DNA of 55,283 nucleotides from Pseudomonadota bacterium (GTDB taxonomy: Bacteria > Bdellovibrionota > FAC87 > UBA2466). This document shows, piece after piece, positions 27,290 to 35,186 of the stretch (its first letter is position 1; each line of letters starts with the position of its first letter). The stretch is from positions 1-55,283 of the forward strand of contig JAYUGC010000146.1 in assembly GCA_043767805.1 (NCBI GenBank). Reading direction: 5' to 3'. Below the pieces are notes generated by a model that worked only from the letters and a program-made list of their open reading frames with translations, ran no database searches and was not told where the DNA came from. Position numbers and translations under genes: made by a program.

Positions 27290-28117
27290 ATGAATCGATA
27301 TTTAAGCCTACTTTTAGGCCTCAGCCTGTCTCTTCCCGCGCTCGGCCGCGAGCTTCGCCAGAAACGCCGCGTGAATGATGAGAAGGGCTCCGTGGTTCGC
27401 AAGATCGCGAGCGCCGAATCTCCCAACCGATTTGTTCAGATGGAAGTGAGTGAAGGCACGGCGCCTCGGCCGAAGAGCGATCTCGCTCTCGATTTGAGTT
27501 TTCTCAGCGGACTGTCGCAAGTCGCGGGAGCGACCTCGCGCTCAGGGATTCATCTCGGTTTGCAGGCGGATTTGCATTGGGGCCGGTACTTGGGCGCCGA
27601 GCTCGATGGTTACTTCGCGCCCGGCATGGAGCAAGTGACGACGACTTCCGTCGAGAAGGCATCCCTATATGGCGGTCTCGCGAACTTGAAAGGCCGGTAT
27701 GCGTTTCGCGCGGGTGAGAATGCGATTTTGACTCCCAAGGTGGGGATGGGCTTTGGCGTCCAGGGCATTAACGAGGTGTCGGGCTCGGGCACTAGCTCTC
27801 TCGAAGGTCAGACCAAGGCCGCGGGAATTTTCTTCGTCGCGGGGCTGGAAGCGCGGATTTATCATCGATTCACGCTCGATATCGACTATGCCTCGATGCT
27901 TTTTGGAGGTGGCTCCGTCGGCAGTCCGCTCGGATCCAAGGCAGCGGACGCCGCTGGTTTTAGCCGGTTCCGTATCGGCGCGGCTTATCGCATCTCGGTG
28001 CCTTTTTCCGTCGGCGCGCAGTTCATCGGACGGACGATTAGCGTGGAGTCCAGCGGCACCACGCCATCGACCGTCGGCATGAATCAATTCTTAGGCGTCG
28101 TTACTCTGCACTGGTAG
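27290..28117 (+). CDS. Outer membrane beta-barrel protein (OmpA/OmpW-like, function unknown)
   Basis: Signal peptide, amphipathic beta-strands (YLGAELDGYF, FTLDIDY, FRIGAAYRI), terminal aromatic residue (VTLHW); GAGGGAG RBS. Confidence 0.7.
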   Translation: MNRYLSLLLGLSLSLPALGRELRQKRRVNDEKGSVVRKIASAESPNRFVQMEVSEGTAPRPKSDLALDLSFLSGLSQVAGATSRSGIHLGLQADLHWGRYLGAELDGYFAPGMEQVTTTSVEKASLYGGLANLKGRYAFRAGENAILTPKVGMGFGVQGINEVSGSGTSSLEGQTKAAGIFFVAGLEARIYHRFTLDIDYASMLFGGGSVGSPLGSKAADAAGFSRFRIGAAYRISVPFSVGAQFIGRTISVESSGTTPSTVGMNQFLGVVTLHW

Positions 28118-28559
28118 GCTGAGGCGGAGACATCTGCTTGCCGCCCGCGGAGCTCGTGTCGCCGGGTTGCGGGAACATCTGCTCGGACTCCACCTTCATG
28201 GTGAAGTAATAGAATTTGTATCCATCCTTCTTGAGCACGACTTGCTCGAAGTTGGTGGGGAGAGCGAAGTTCACATCGATTAGCACCACGGGATACTTCC
28301 CGGATTTCGAAATCACCTTCGGCTTGAACTTCAAAGTCAGGAAAAAGAGATCGGGAGCATGAATGGATCCGATGGCCTCTTGAGCGAGCTCCATGCCGCC
28401 GTTTATGGCGTAAGTCTCCGCGGCCATGTATGCGGCATTATAGATCGAGGTTTCCGACTGCAGTTGCTTGCGGACCACCGTCGCGTCGATGTCTTTGGGG
28501 TCCACCGCGAAAGCACCGAGAGCCACGAAAACGGACAGAGCTAAAATTTTCAGTTTCAT
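28101..28559 (-). CDS. Hypothetical secreted protein
   Basis: Signal peptide MKLKILALSVFVALGAFA; GGAGGAAAGG upstream; protein-like composition. Confidence 0.75.
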   Translation of the reverse strand: MKLKILALSVFVALGAFAVDPKDIDATVVRKQLQSETSIYNAAYMAAETYAINGGMELAQEAIGSIHAPDLFFLTLKFKPKVISKSGKYPVVLIDVNFALPTNFEQVVLKKDGYKFYYFTMKVESEQMFPQPGDTSSAGGKQMSPPQPTSAE

Positions 28560-28637
28560 GAGCCTTTCCTCCGAGAAGGGATATACGAAAAAAGCCCGAC
28601 TCAGCGCAACGAATAGGTTTTAATAAATTATCGATAT

Positions 28638-28656
28638 TTGTTATAAGCATTAACAA
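28638..28656. promoter_or_regulatory. Inverted repeat TTGTTA-N7-TAACAA, candidate operator
   Basis: Lies in the AT-rich divergent intergenic region and ends 1 nt before the ATG at 28658. Confidence 0.45.
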
Positions 28657-28657
28657 T

Positions 28658-29464
28658 ATGGCGGTAAGTGTTTTTGAATCAGAAAGTTATGTTCCGGTGC
28701 TTCGCTCTATTATTTCTGAAAATCGAGGGCAAAAGGGATATCGGGAGAAGCTCGCTAAGGCCGCCGGATGCCACCGCACTCAGATATCGCTCGTGCTTAC
28801 TGGCCGCATTCATCTGACCTTGGAGCAGGCCTGCGGGATCTCCGAGTTCCTGGAGCTTGGGCCGCAGGAGCAGCAGTATTTCCTCTCCTTAGTAGAGCTC
28901 GAACGGGCGGGCACGCCGGCTTTGCGGCGAGCGGTGCAGGCGAGGCTCAAGAAGCTGCGGGCAGAATGGGAAAATCTCTCGGTCCGCTTTGCAACGGCTC
29001 CCATGGATGAGCCGCTCCTCGCCAAGGAGTACTACCTGAACTGGGAAGTCTCGGCGGTGCACCTGTTAGTCGGCACCAATCCGCGGATCACGGGGGTAGA
29101 GATGGCATCGCGTCTGGGCGTGCTCGTGCCGATCGTGGATCGCGCTCTGGAAAGGCTGACTCAGATGGGGTTACTCAGCTGGGAGGGAGACGTGTGGATT
29201 TTAACGACGAGAAATTTACATGCGCCCCGGGGATCGGTGGGCGATGTGCTCCACCAAACGAACTGGCGGCTGCAATCCATTCAGCGGCTCCCGCGGGTGA
29301 CCCCAGGGAACCTGCATTACACCGCTCTCCACACTTTGAGTAAGAAGGACGTCGAGGTCTTTCGCAAAAAGCTGCTCCAATTCATCGAGGGTGCGCGGGC
29401 TTTGGTCGCCCCGTCCCCGCCGGAAGAACTGGTGTGCTTTACCTGCGATTTCATACCTCTTTAA
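28658..29464 (+). CDS. TIGR02147 / DUF4423 family HTH protein
   Basis: VFE..SY, LAKAAGCH..QISLVL.G..HLTLEQA, YF..LV..ERAGT..L, YY.NW...AVH, H..NWR, LHYT...TLS and terminal F.CDF; typical of the family expanded in Bdellovibrionota and Fibrobacter. Confidence 0.85.
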   Translation: MAVSVFESESYVPVLRSIISENRGQKGYREKLAKAAGCHRTQISLVLTGRIHLTLEQACGISEFLELGPQEQQYFLSLVELERAGTPALRRAVQARLKKLRAEWENLSVRFATAPMDEPLLAKEYYLNWEVSAVHLLVGTNPRITGVEMASRLGVLVPIVDRALERLTQMGLLSWEGDVWILTTRNLHAPRGSVGDVLHQTNWRLQSIQRLPRVTPGNLHYTALHTLSKKDVEVFRKKLLQFIEGARALVAPSPPEELVCFTCDFIPL

Positions 29465-29469
29465 GGGAC

Positions 29470-29498
29470 TTGCTCCGCGTTACCAACCGAGGTATTAC
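29470..29498 (+). promoter_or_regulatory. Possible sigma70 promoter of tRNA-Lys
   Basis: TTGCTC-N17-TATTAC, ending 14 nt upstream of the tRNA. Confidence 0.35.
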
Positions 29499-29512
29499 CC
29501 TTGGTCTTGTGT

Positions 29513-29585
<73 letters not shown>

Positions 29586-29588
<3 letters not shown>

Positions 29589-29770
29589 TTCTTCGCTCCC
29601 CCCTTAGGGGGGTGGCTACGAATGGCACGCCATTCTTCTCAAAGCCTCCGACTAGAAAAAGCAAAGCGAAGCATGGTGCCCGCCGAAGCTCACGGTAGGA
29701 AGCTGCCATCTACGACCGTAGGTGATCTGATTAAAGGGTCGAGTCCGCGAACAGCACGCGAAGGGGGGCC
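29586..29770. repeat. REP-like nested palindromes downstream of the tRNA
   Basis: CCCCCC-TTA-GGGGGG (29598-29612); GAATGGC-AC-GCCATTC (29620-29635); CCATTCTTC direct repeat at 29586 and 29630; G(T/A)AGC...GCGAAG arm pairs on both strands. Confidence 0.5.
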
Positions 29771-29792
29771 GCACTAGCAAGGCCCAGTCCGA

Positions 29793-30062
29793 TCACCCCG
29801 CGCCCGGCGGCAGATAAGCGGCGAGTCTCCGAATCGGGTGCTTATCCGGGAAATAGATGTCCGCCATTGCGCAGTAAGCGGTGTCGCATACCACGGGTTT
29901 GCCGGCGCACATATTGCCTTTAGCGAACTTTTTCTCCGCCAGGTATTTGTACCGCGCGTCCGCGGCCTGGTCGGGAGTCAAGTTCACGACTGGCTCGAGA
30001 GGAATTCCCGCGTCAATCGCGAATTCGTTCGCAATCTTCATTTCCTCGGCAATCCACCCCAC
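29793..30062 (-). CDS. Hypothetical protein or gene fragment
   Basis: 89-aa ORF with protein-like composition and a GTG start; no family recognised. Confidence 0.35.
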   Translation of the reverse strand: MGWIAEEMKIANEFAIDAGIPLEPVVNLTPDQAADARYKYLAEKKFAKGNMCAGKPVVCDTAYCAMADIYFPDKHPIRRLAAYLPPGAG

Positions 30063-30189
30063 ATGCTCTCCGACAAATAGAAGAAAGAGCCATCGCGCTG
30101 TCTAAGGTGGATACACCTGTCTAACGCTTTGCCACCCGGACACCTTCGCGTAACCACCTAGAAGCATGAAACCTTAACTGTATTCCATT

Positions 30190-30205
30190 TGGTACGGACC
30201 CTGCT
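30190..30205 (+). promoter_or_regulatory. Putative sigma54 promoter of the Gly/Tyr-rich protein gene
   Basis: TGGTACG-GACC-CTGCT, close to consensus; about 52 nt upstream of the ATG at 30258. Confidence 0.65.
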
Positions 30206-30257
30206 CTTGGGACCTCCCCGAACGACTCGGCGTTTGCCGATGTCTGGGAGGTTTGCG

Positions 30258-31133
30258 ATGGGTACGTGGAATAGATTTTTCTTGGTTGTGGTGATGGGCG
30301 CGCTCGCAGTCGCGACGACTTCTTTCGGCGAAGGGTACAACACCTTCAGCCCTTACGGCAGTCACGGGACTCCGCCGATTTACAATAATCCGAATCAGCA
30401 ATATCCGCTGCCGTATCAGCAGCGCCAGATGCCCGGTTCCTTCGGGGGCAGCACGGGTGGCGGATCGACCGTCGCTAACGGCGGCGCCGGTGGCATGGGC
30501 GGCATGACGGGCGGTTATCCCGGCATGAACCAGTTTCAGAATCCTTATCAGTCGATGTACGGACAAAATCAGAACATGATGTTCAATCCGTACATGGCGC
30601 CCTACATGAACTCGGCCCCTTGGGGTCAGTACGGCGGAAATACTTCGCAGTACACCAATCCTTGGACGACGACGTGGGGCAATGGCGGCGGCAACCAGAT
30701 GACGAGCCCTTACTACGGCTCGCAGTTTCAGCAGCCTTACGGCCAGACCAATCCCTATGGCGTGAACAATAACCAATCATGGATGTACAACAACGGCATC
30801 CCCGGCATGGGTTACAACGTCGGCGGGCTCGGCACGTCGAACTTCTACGATTACGGCCTGAGCGGTTACGGCAACCAAGGTTTCTCGCCTTATCTCGGTA
30901 ACACCGGCTTCAACTACGATAACTACGGCATGGGCCTCGGTTACGGCGGAACGAACAGCCCCTACGACTACGGTTATGGCGGCGGTTTGTACGGCTCTAA
31001 CTACGGCGGCGGTATCGGCGGTGGTTACGATTCCGGTTACGGCGGCGGCTTCGGCATGGATGCCGGATTCGGTGGCGGCGGATTTGACGCGGGCTTCGGC
31101 TTCGGCGGCGGATACGAAGGCTACGGCTACTAA
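30258..31133 (+). CDS. Secreted Gly/Tyr/Asn/Gln/Met-rich low-complexity protein
   Basis: GGGAGG RBS before the ATG at 30258; signal peptide MGTWNRFFLVVVMGALAVATTSFG; strongly biased codons (GGC, TAC, AAC); downstream hairpin. Confidence 0.85.
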   Translation: MGTWNRFFLVVVMGALAVATTSFGEGYNTFSPYGSHGTPPIYNNPNQQYPLPYQQRQMPGSFGGSTGGGSTVANGGAGGMGGMTGGYPGMNQFQNPYQSMYGQNQNMMFNPYMAPYMNSAPWGQYGGNTSQYTNPWTTTWGNGGGNQMTSPYYGSQFQQPYGQTNPYGVNNNQSWMYNNGIPGMGYNVGGLGTSNFYDYGLSGYGNQGFSPYLGNTGFNYDNYGMGLGYGGTNSPYDYGYGGGLYGSNYGGGIGGGYDSGYGGGFGMDAGFGGGGFDAGFGFGGGYEGYGY

Positions 31134-31146
31134 TCAGTTTGGAAAG

Positions 31147-31168
31147 TCCGCCCCCGTGAGGGGGCGGA
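31147..31168 (+). terminator. GC-rich hairpin, probable terminator or transcript-stabilising structure
   Basis: TCCGCCCCC-GTGA-GGGGGCGGA, a 9-bp stem with a GNRA loop, 13 nt after the stop; no strong U-tract on the + strand. Confidence 0.6.
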
Positions 31169-31183
31169 ACTCCTAAATCCTAT

Positions 31184-31224
31184 CCATTCACCGTTCAAGC
31201 GAAGCTTGAACGCTGAATGGCTAC
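31184..31224 (-). repeat. GTAG-tagged imperfect palindrome (REP-like or terminator)
   Basis: Minus strand GTAG-CCATTCA-G-CGTTCAAGC-TTC-GCTTGAACG-G-TGAATGG; the TAG is the stop codon of the small basic gene. Confidence 0.55.
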
Positions 31225-31385
31225 TTCTTCGTCTGGCGGCCTTTGCGCATCTTCTTTACCCGCATGCGGGCTTTGCTCTTGCGTCTCGCGGCGACTTTGC
31301 GATCCTGTCTTTGCTGCTGACGACCACGCTTCAGCTTAGCCTTACGTTTCGCTTTAAGACGAGCGGTCTTCTTTTTCTTAGCCAT
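31221..31385 (-). CDS. Small highly basic protein (54 aa)
   Basis: MAKKKKTARLKAKRKAKLKRGRQQQRQDRKVAARRKSKARMRVKKMRKGRQTKK; AAGGAG RBS, upstream sigma70-like promoter and downstream hairpin. Confidence 0.8.
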   Translation of the reverse strand: MAKKKKTARLKAKRKAKLKRGRQQQRQDRKVAARRKSKARMRVKKMRKGRQTKK

Positions 31386-31415
31386 CAGAGCTCCTTTTCG
31401 TGAAATTGACCCAGG

Positions 31416-31445
31416 AATGTACCCGGGTCGCCTTGATCGAGTCAA
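31416..31445 (-). promoter_or_regulatory. Sigma70-like promoter of the small basic protein gene
   Basis: Minus strand TTGACT-N18-TACATT, about 30 nt upstream of the ATG. Confidence 0.55.
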
Positions 31446-31472
31446 CGTCCGCTGGTAGATCATTAGGAGCAG

Positions 31473-32126
31473 GTGAAAGCTCCGAAGCCAAGCGACGCCA
31501 TCAAAGCCATCAATCGGCGCGGCTGTCTGCTTGTTTATCCCATCGATAATCGCAAGGCCCCGAGCTCCCTCTGGTCCGAGTTCTACCCGAAAAGCGAAAT
31601 GCGCTGGGAATGGGACTCCGGCGGCGATAATCGAGTCGCGAATCTCTGGCACCTTAGAGAGGAGCTCTCTCGCTCGGGCAAAGTCGTTTACGCCAAATGG
31701 TTCCGCGGCAGGGCGACTTTCATCTCGAAAGCCCTCTTTCCCCACCTTTTGGCCACACTAACTCCCGGAGAGCCGCAGTCTCTCGGCCTCGGAGACGAAG
31801 CCAGACTCATCTTGGAAACCCTCGAAATGGACTCGCCGCTATCGACCAAAGAGGTCAAAGCGCGTTGTGATTTAAAGGGAAAGTTCTATGAGTCCACCTA
31901 CGTAAGGGCGACGAAGGAGCTTTGGGAGCGGCTGCTTCTGGTGGGCTACGGTGAAGTGGACGACGGAGCGTTCCCTTCACTCGCCATGGGGGCCACTCCG
32001 CTACTTTTCGAGGATCTTTGGCGGGAGTCCCGCGACCTCGACCCGGACGTTTCGGCGGAAGTAGTGAGAAAGACCCTTGGCCCCGACAATCCCTTTCTGC
32101 TTTTCTGGGAAAAGCTCCGGGTTTGA
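31473..32126 (+). CDS. AlkZ-related winged-helix protein (function uncertain)
   Basis: PSSLW, LW..REEL, VVYAKWFRGRATFIS and a wHTH-like segment LSTKEVK...L.ERLLLV; AGGAG RBS. Confidence 0.6.
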   Translation: MKAPKPSDAIKAINRRGCLLVYPIDNRKAPSSLWSEFYPKSEMRWEWDSGGDNRVANLWHLREELSRSGKVVYAKWFRGRATFISKALFPHLLATLTPGEPQSLGLGDEARLILETLEMDSPLSTKEVKARCDLKGKFYESTYVRATKELWERLLLVGYGEVDDGAFPSLAMGATPLLFEDLWRESRDLDPDVSAEVVRKTLGPDNPFLLFWEKLRV

Positions 32127-32158
32127 TTCCTACCCACCCGTGATGCTAGATCTCGCGG

Positions 32159-32716
32159 GTGAGCAAAGCCTTTACCAAAGAGTCCGATAACGACGAAGAA
32201 GAAGAGCTCTCCGATAGCCCGAGCCTTCTCCCTAAGGGCGTCAAGAATTACATGACTCCCCAGGGTGTGGAGCGGTTCCGTGCGGAACTGCGTAAGCTCA
32301 TGCAGGAAGATCGCCCCAAGATCGTGGAAGTCGTGCACTGGGCGGCGGGCAACGGCGATCGCAGCGAGAACGGGGATTATATTTACGGAAAGAAACGCCT
32401 TCGTGAGATCGATCGCCGCATCCGCTTTCTTTCCAAACGCCTCGAAATCGTCGAGATCATCGATCCGAAGCAGCAAAAAGGCGAACGGGTTTTCTTCGGC
32501 GCCACCGTTACCGTGAAGTCGGAGGAAGACGGCGAAAAGATTTACCGTATCGTGGGCGTGGACGAGACGGACGCGGCGCAGGGAAAGGTCAGCTGGATCT
32601 CCCCCATCGGCAAAGCTTTGCTCAAAGCGAAAGCCGGCGACTCGGTGACGCTTCGTTCGCCCAAGGGCGAGGTCGATCTGGACATAGTCCGCGTCGAGTA
32701 CAAGGCGATCGAGTAG
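32159..32716 (+). CDS. greB: Transcription elongation factor GreB
   Basis: MSKAFTKE, NYMTP.G, WAAGNGDRSENGDYIYGKKRLREIDRRIRFL, SWISPIGKALL. Confidence 0.97.
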   Translation: MSKAFTKESDNDEEEELSDSPSLLPKGVKNYMTPQGVERFRAELRKLMQEDRPKIVEVVHWAAGNGDRSENGDYIYGKKRLREIDRRIRFLSKRLEIVEIIDPKQQKGERVFFGATVTVKSEEDGEKIYRIVGVDETDAAQGKVSWISPIGKALLKAKAGDSVTLRSPKGEVDLDIVRVEYKAIE

Positions 32717-32784
32717 GCGGAACGCCGAATGACACTAAACTTTCGTTGAATGTCTCCGAATTCTCATTATATTAGGCCTCAGTT

Positions 32785-32844
32785 TCCTCGCGGCTATTTG
32801 AACGGACACCCAGATAAGCAGCGGCCGCGGGGATTCTTTTTTTC
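32785..32844 (+). terminator. Stem-loop with T-tract between greB and gltX
   Basis: TCCTCGCGGCT pairs with GGCCGCGGGGA and is followed by TTCTTTTTTTC. Confidence 0.55.
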
Positions 32845-32902
32845 TCTTCCGTTCCCCCCCTAAACTCCGTGTGGTAATTCATTCAAAACAACGGAACTAC
32901 CT

Positions 32903-34366
32903 ATGCCTGAGATAATGCCCCCCAGAGTGCGAATCGCTCCGAGTCCCACGGGAGATCCCCATATCGGAACGGCTTATATCGCCCTGTTCAATTACGTTTT
33001 CGCCAAGCAAAACGGCGGGAAGTTCTTAGTTCGCATCGAAGACACCGATCGCTCGCGCTACCGCGAAGACAGCGAAAAGATGATTCTCGATGCGATTCGT
33101 TGGTTCGGTATCCAGTGGGACGAGGGCCCGGACATCGGTGGCCCTTATGGACCCTACAAGCAGAGCGAGCGGCTTCCCATCTATAAGGAGCACGCCGACA
33201 TGCTGGTGGCCCCCGGCCATGCTTACCGCTGTTTTTGCACGCCCGAGCGTTTGACCAAATTGCGCGAGCAGCAGAGCGCCGCGAAGCTCCCGCCCGGCTA
33301 CGATCGCCATTGCCGCGCGCTGAAGCCCGAGGAAGCCGAGCGCAAGATGAAGGAAGGCTTGGCGAGCGTGGTGCGTTTCAAGGTTCCGCTCACGGGCGCG
33401 ACGGAGTTTCACGATCTTCCCCGGGGCAAAGTCACCTTCGAGAATACGAAGCTAGACGATTTGGTTTTGCTCAAGGCCGATGGCTACCCGACATACCACC
33501 TGGCGAGTGTCGTCGACGATCGTCTGATGAAAATTACGCATGTGATCCGCGGTGAGGAGTGGGTTTCGTCCACGCCGAAGCACGTTTTGCTTTACGCCGC
33601 TTTCGGCTGGGAGCCGCCGACGTTCATTCACTTGAACCTGCTTCGTAATCCAGACAAATCGAAAATCTCGAAGCGCAAGAACCCGACGAGCATTCTGTAT
33701 TATCGCCGCAAAGGCATTCTTCCCGAGGCCTTGCGCAATTTCCTCGCGCTCATGGGGTGGAACCCAGGCGACGATCGCGAAATCTTTTCGACGGACGACA
33801 TGATGAAGCTCTTCTCCTGGGAGCGTTTCAACTTGGGCGGGCCGGTCTTCGACATCAATAAGCTCGTGTGGATGAACGGCCAGTATCTGAAAAATACCCC
33901 GGATATCGAGTGGCTCCGGATTTTGAAAACGGATTTCATCTCCGACGAGTACCTGAAACAGATTATTCCGCTCGTGAAAGAAAAAGTCGGCGCCCTGGAA
34001 GATTTCTTCCCTTCGGCGGCGACTTTCCTCGCGGGGGATTTCAATTACGACAACGCGCCGCTGGTTCCCAAAGGCCGGTCCGCGAAGGAAACGGCGGGCT
34101 GGCTTACCGACGTGCTCGATAAGCTCGAGCTCATCGAGACCTGGTCGGTGGAAGGCATCAAGACCGTCATCGAGGCCTATCTCGCCGAAAAAGAGCTAAA
34201 GACGAAAGAGCTCTACATGGCGCTTCGGGTGGCGGTCTCCGGCGGGCCCATTTCCCCGCCGCTCTTTGAGACGTTCCAGGTTCTTGGGAAAGAAATGTCT
34301 CGCCGCCGCTTGCGGCTCGCTATCGACGCGTTGAAAAAGATGAAGGACGCCCCTGCGGCTCCGTGA
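32903..34366 (+). CDS. gltX: Glutamate--tRNA ligase
   Basis: RIAPSPTGDPHIGT, RIEDTD, YRCFCT, PTYHLASVVDD, RGEEW, KISKR, LRVAVSG...SPPLF. Confidence 0.97.
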   Translation: MPEIMPPRVRIAPSPTGDPHIGTAYIALFNYVFAKQNGGKFLVRIEDTDRSRYREDSEKMILDAIRWFGIQWDEGPDIGGPYGPYKQSERLPIYKEHADMLVAPGHAYRCFCTPERLTKLREQQSAAKLPPGYDRHCRALKPEEAERKMKEGLASVVRFKVPLTGATEFHDLPRGKVTFENTKLDDLVLLKADGYPTYHLASVVDDRLMKITHVIRGEEWVSSTPKHVLLYAAFGWEPPTFIHLNLLRNPDKSKISKRKNPTSILYYRRKGILPEALRNFLALMGWNPGDDREIFSTDDMMKLFSWERFNLGGPVFDINKLVWMNGQYLKNTPDIEWLRILKTDFISDEYLKQIIPLVKEKVGALEDFFPSAATFLAGDFNYDNAPLVPKGRSAKETAGWLTDVLDKLELIETWSVEGIKTVIEAYLAEKELKTKELYMALRVAVSGGPISPPLFETFQVLGKEMSRRRLRLAIDALKKMKDAPAAP

Positions 34367-34496
34367 ATTTTCCCCTTCTACCGTTCCTTATTGGGGGCTG
34401 GCTCAGCTCGCTTCCCAGATTCCTAACCGAGACTTGGGACGAAGATCCCAGTGAGTTAGAATGGTCCCACGGTAACTCTCCTTACATGAGGCATCC

Positions 34497-35186
34497 ATGA
34501 AAACCGCGCAATACCAATGGGACCATCCCCATCTTGCCAAGTACCGTAAGATTTTGCCCGAGGGGGACTGCCTTTTTCGCCAGGGCGAGGAAGGATGCAC
34601 GATGTTCATCATCGCGCGCGGCGTCATCGAGCTCACGGCGGATCGAGACGATTCCTCGCTCGTGGTCGCGTATGCCCAAGCGGGAGAATTTCTCGGCGAG
34701 AAAGCCATTATCGGCGTTCAGCCCCATAAACGGTTCTTAACGGCGACGGCGAAAACGGAAGTGCAATATTTGGAGCTCGATCTCGCGGCGCTCGCCGTGA
34801 TTGAAGGCCGCAACCTCGAGCTCTTCAAGGATATTTTGAAAGAAATGTTTCTGCTCGCGGCGCGACGTCTCGACCAAGCGAACTATCTCAACCGCGTGCT
34901 TCGCTCTTCGAAGAACACCACGCGGCTGCCCAATCTCATTCTGCATTTCGCGGTATGTACCGGCAGAAAACAGGCCCATGGCTGGGAAGTCTCGCTCACC
35001 CTCGATCGGATCCGCAACTTTATCGATATGAGCCAGTTCGAAGTGGAAGAGTGTTTGAGTGCGTTGACGAAGCACGGAATATTGGTTCCCCAGGGCGATG
35101 ATTTCTACCTCATCCCCGACGAGAAGGCGCTGCTGGCCTCCGTGCCGCTCCTCAGGGAGTCCATGCCTAACTTGGAATCGATCTGA
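34497..35186 (+). CDS. Crp/Fnr family cyclic-nucleotide-binding protein
   Basis: LFRQGEEG..MFII.RG, GEFLGE...KR..TATA (cNMP pocket); C-terminal wHTH-like segment. Confidence 0.85.
   Translation: MKTAQYQWDHPHLAKYRKILPEGDCLFRQGEEGCTMFIIARGVIELTADRDDSSLVVAYAQAGEFLGEKAIIGVQPHKRFLTATAKTEVQYLELDLAALAVIEGRNLELFKDILKEMFLLAARRLDQANYLNRVLRSSKNTTRLPNLILHFAVCTGRKQAHGWEVSLTLDRIRNFIDMSQFEVEECLSALTKHGILVPQGDDFYLIPDEKALLASVPLLRESMPNLESI

Noticed and set aside
28638..28656. GlnR/TnrA box (TGTNA-N7-TNACA match)
   Set aside because: These are Firmicutes regulators and the flanking genes are unrelated to nitrogen metabolism; kept only as a generic operator candidate.
30174..30776. 200-aa minus-strand ORF opposite the Gly/Tyr-rich gene
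   Set aside because: Antisense shadow of a low-complexity gene; the + strand has the promoter, RBS and signal peptide.
29589..31200. Prophage or integrative element at tRNA-Lys
   Set aside because: No integrase, no long att duplication (only a 9-bp repeat) and no phage genes.
31386..31745. N-terminal 120 aa of the 174-aa ORF at 31221-31745
   Set aside because: Overlaps the AlkZ-like gene antisense; RBS and promoter support a start at 31385.
32781..32844. SRP RNA or T-box upstream of gltX (contains AAGCAGC)
   Set aside because: Lacks the SRP CAGG...GNRA helix-8 pattern and the T-box AGGTGGNACCGCG motif; too short.
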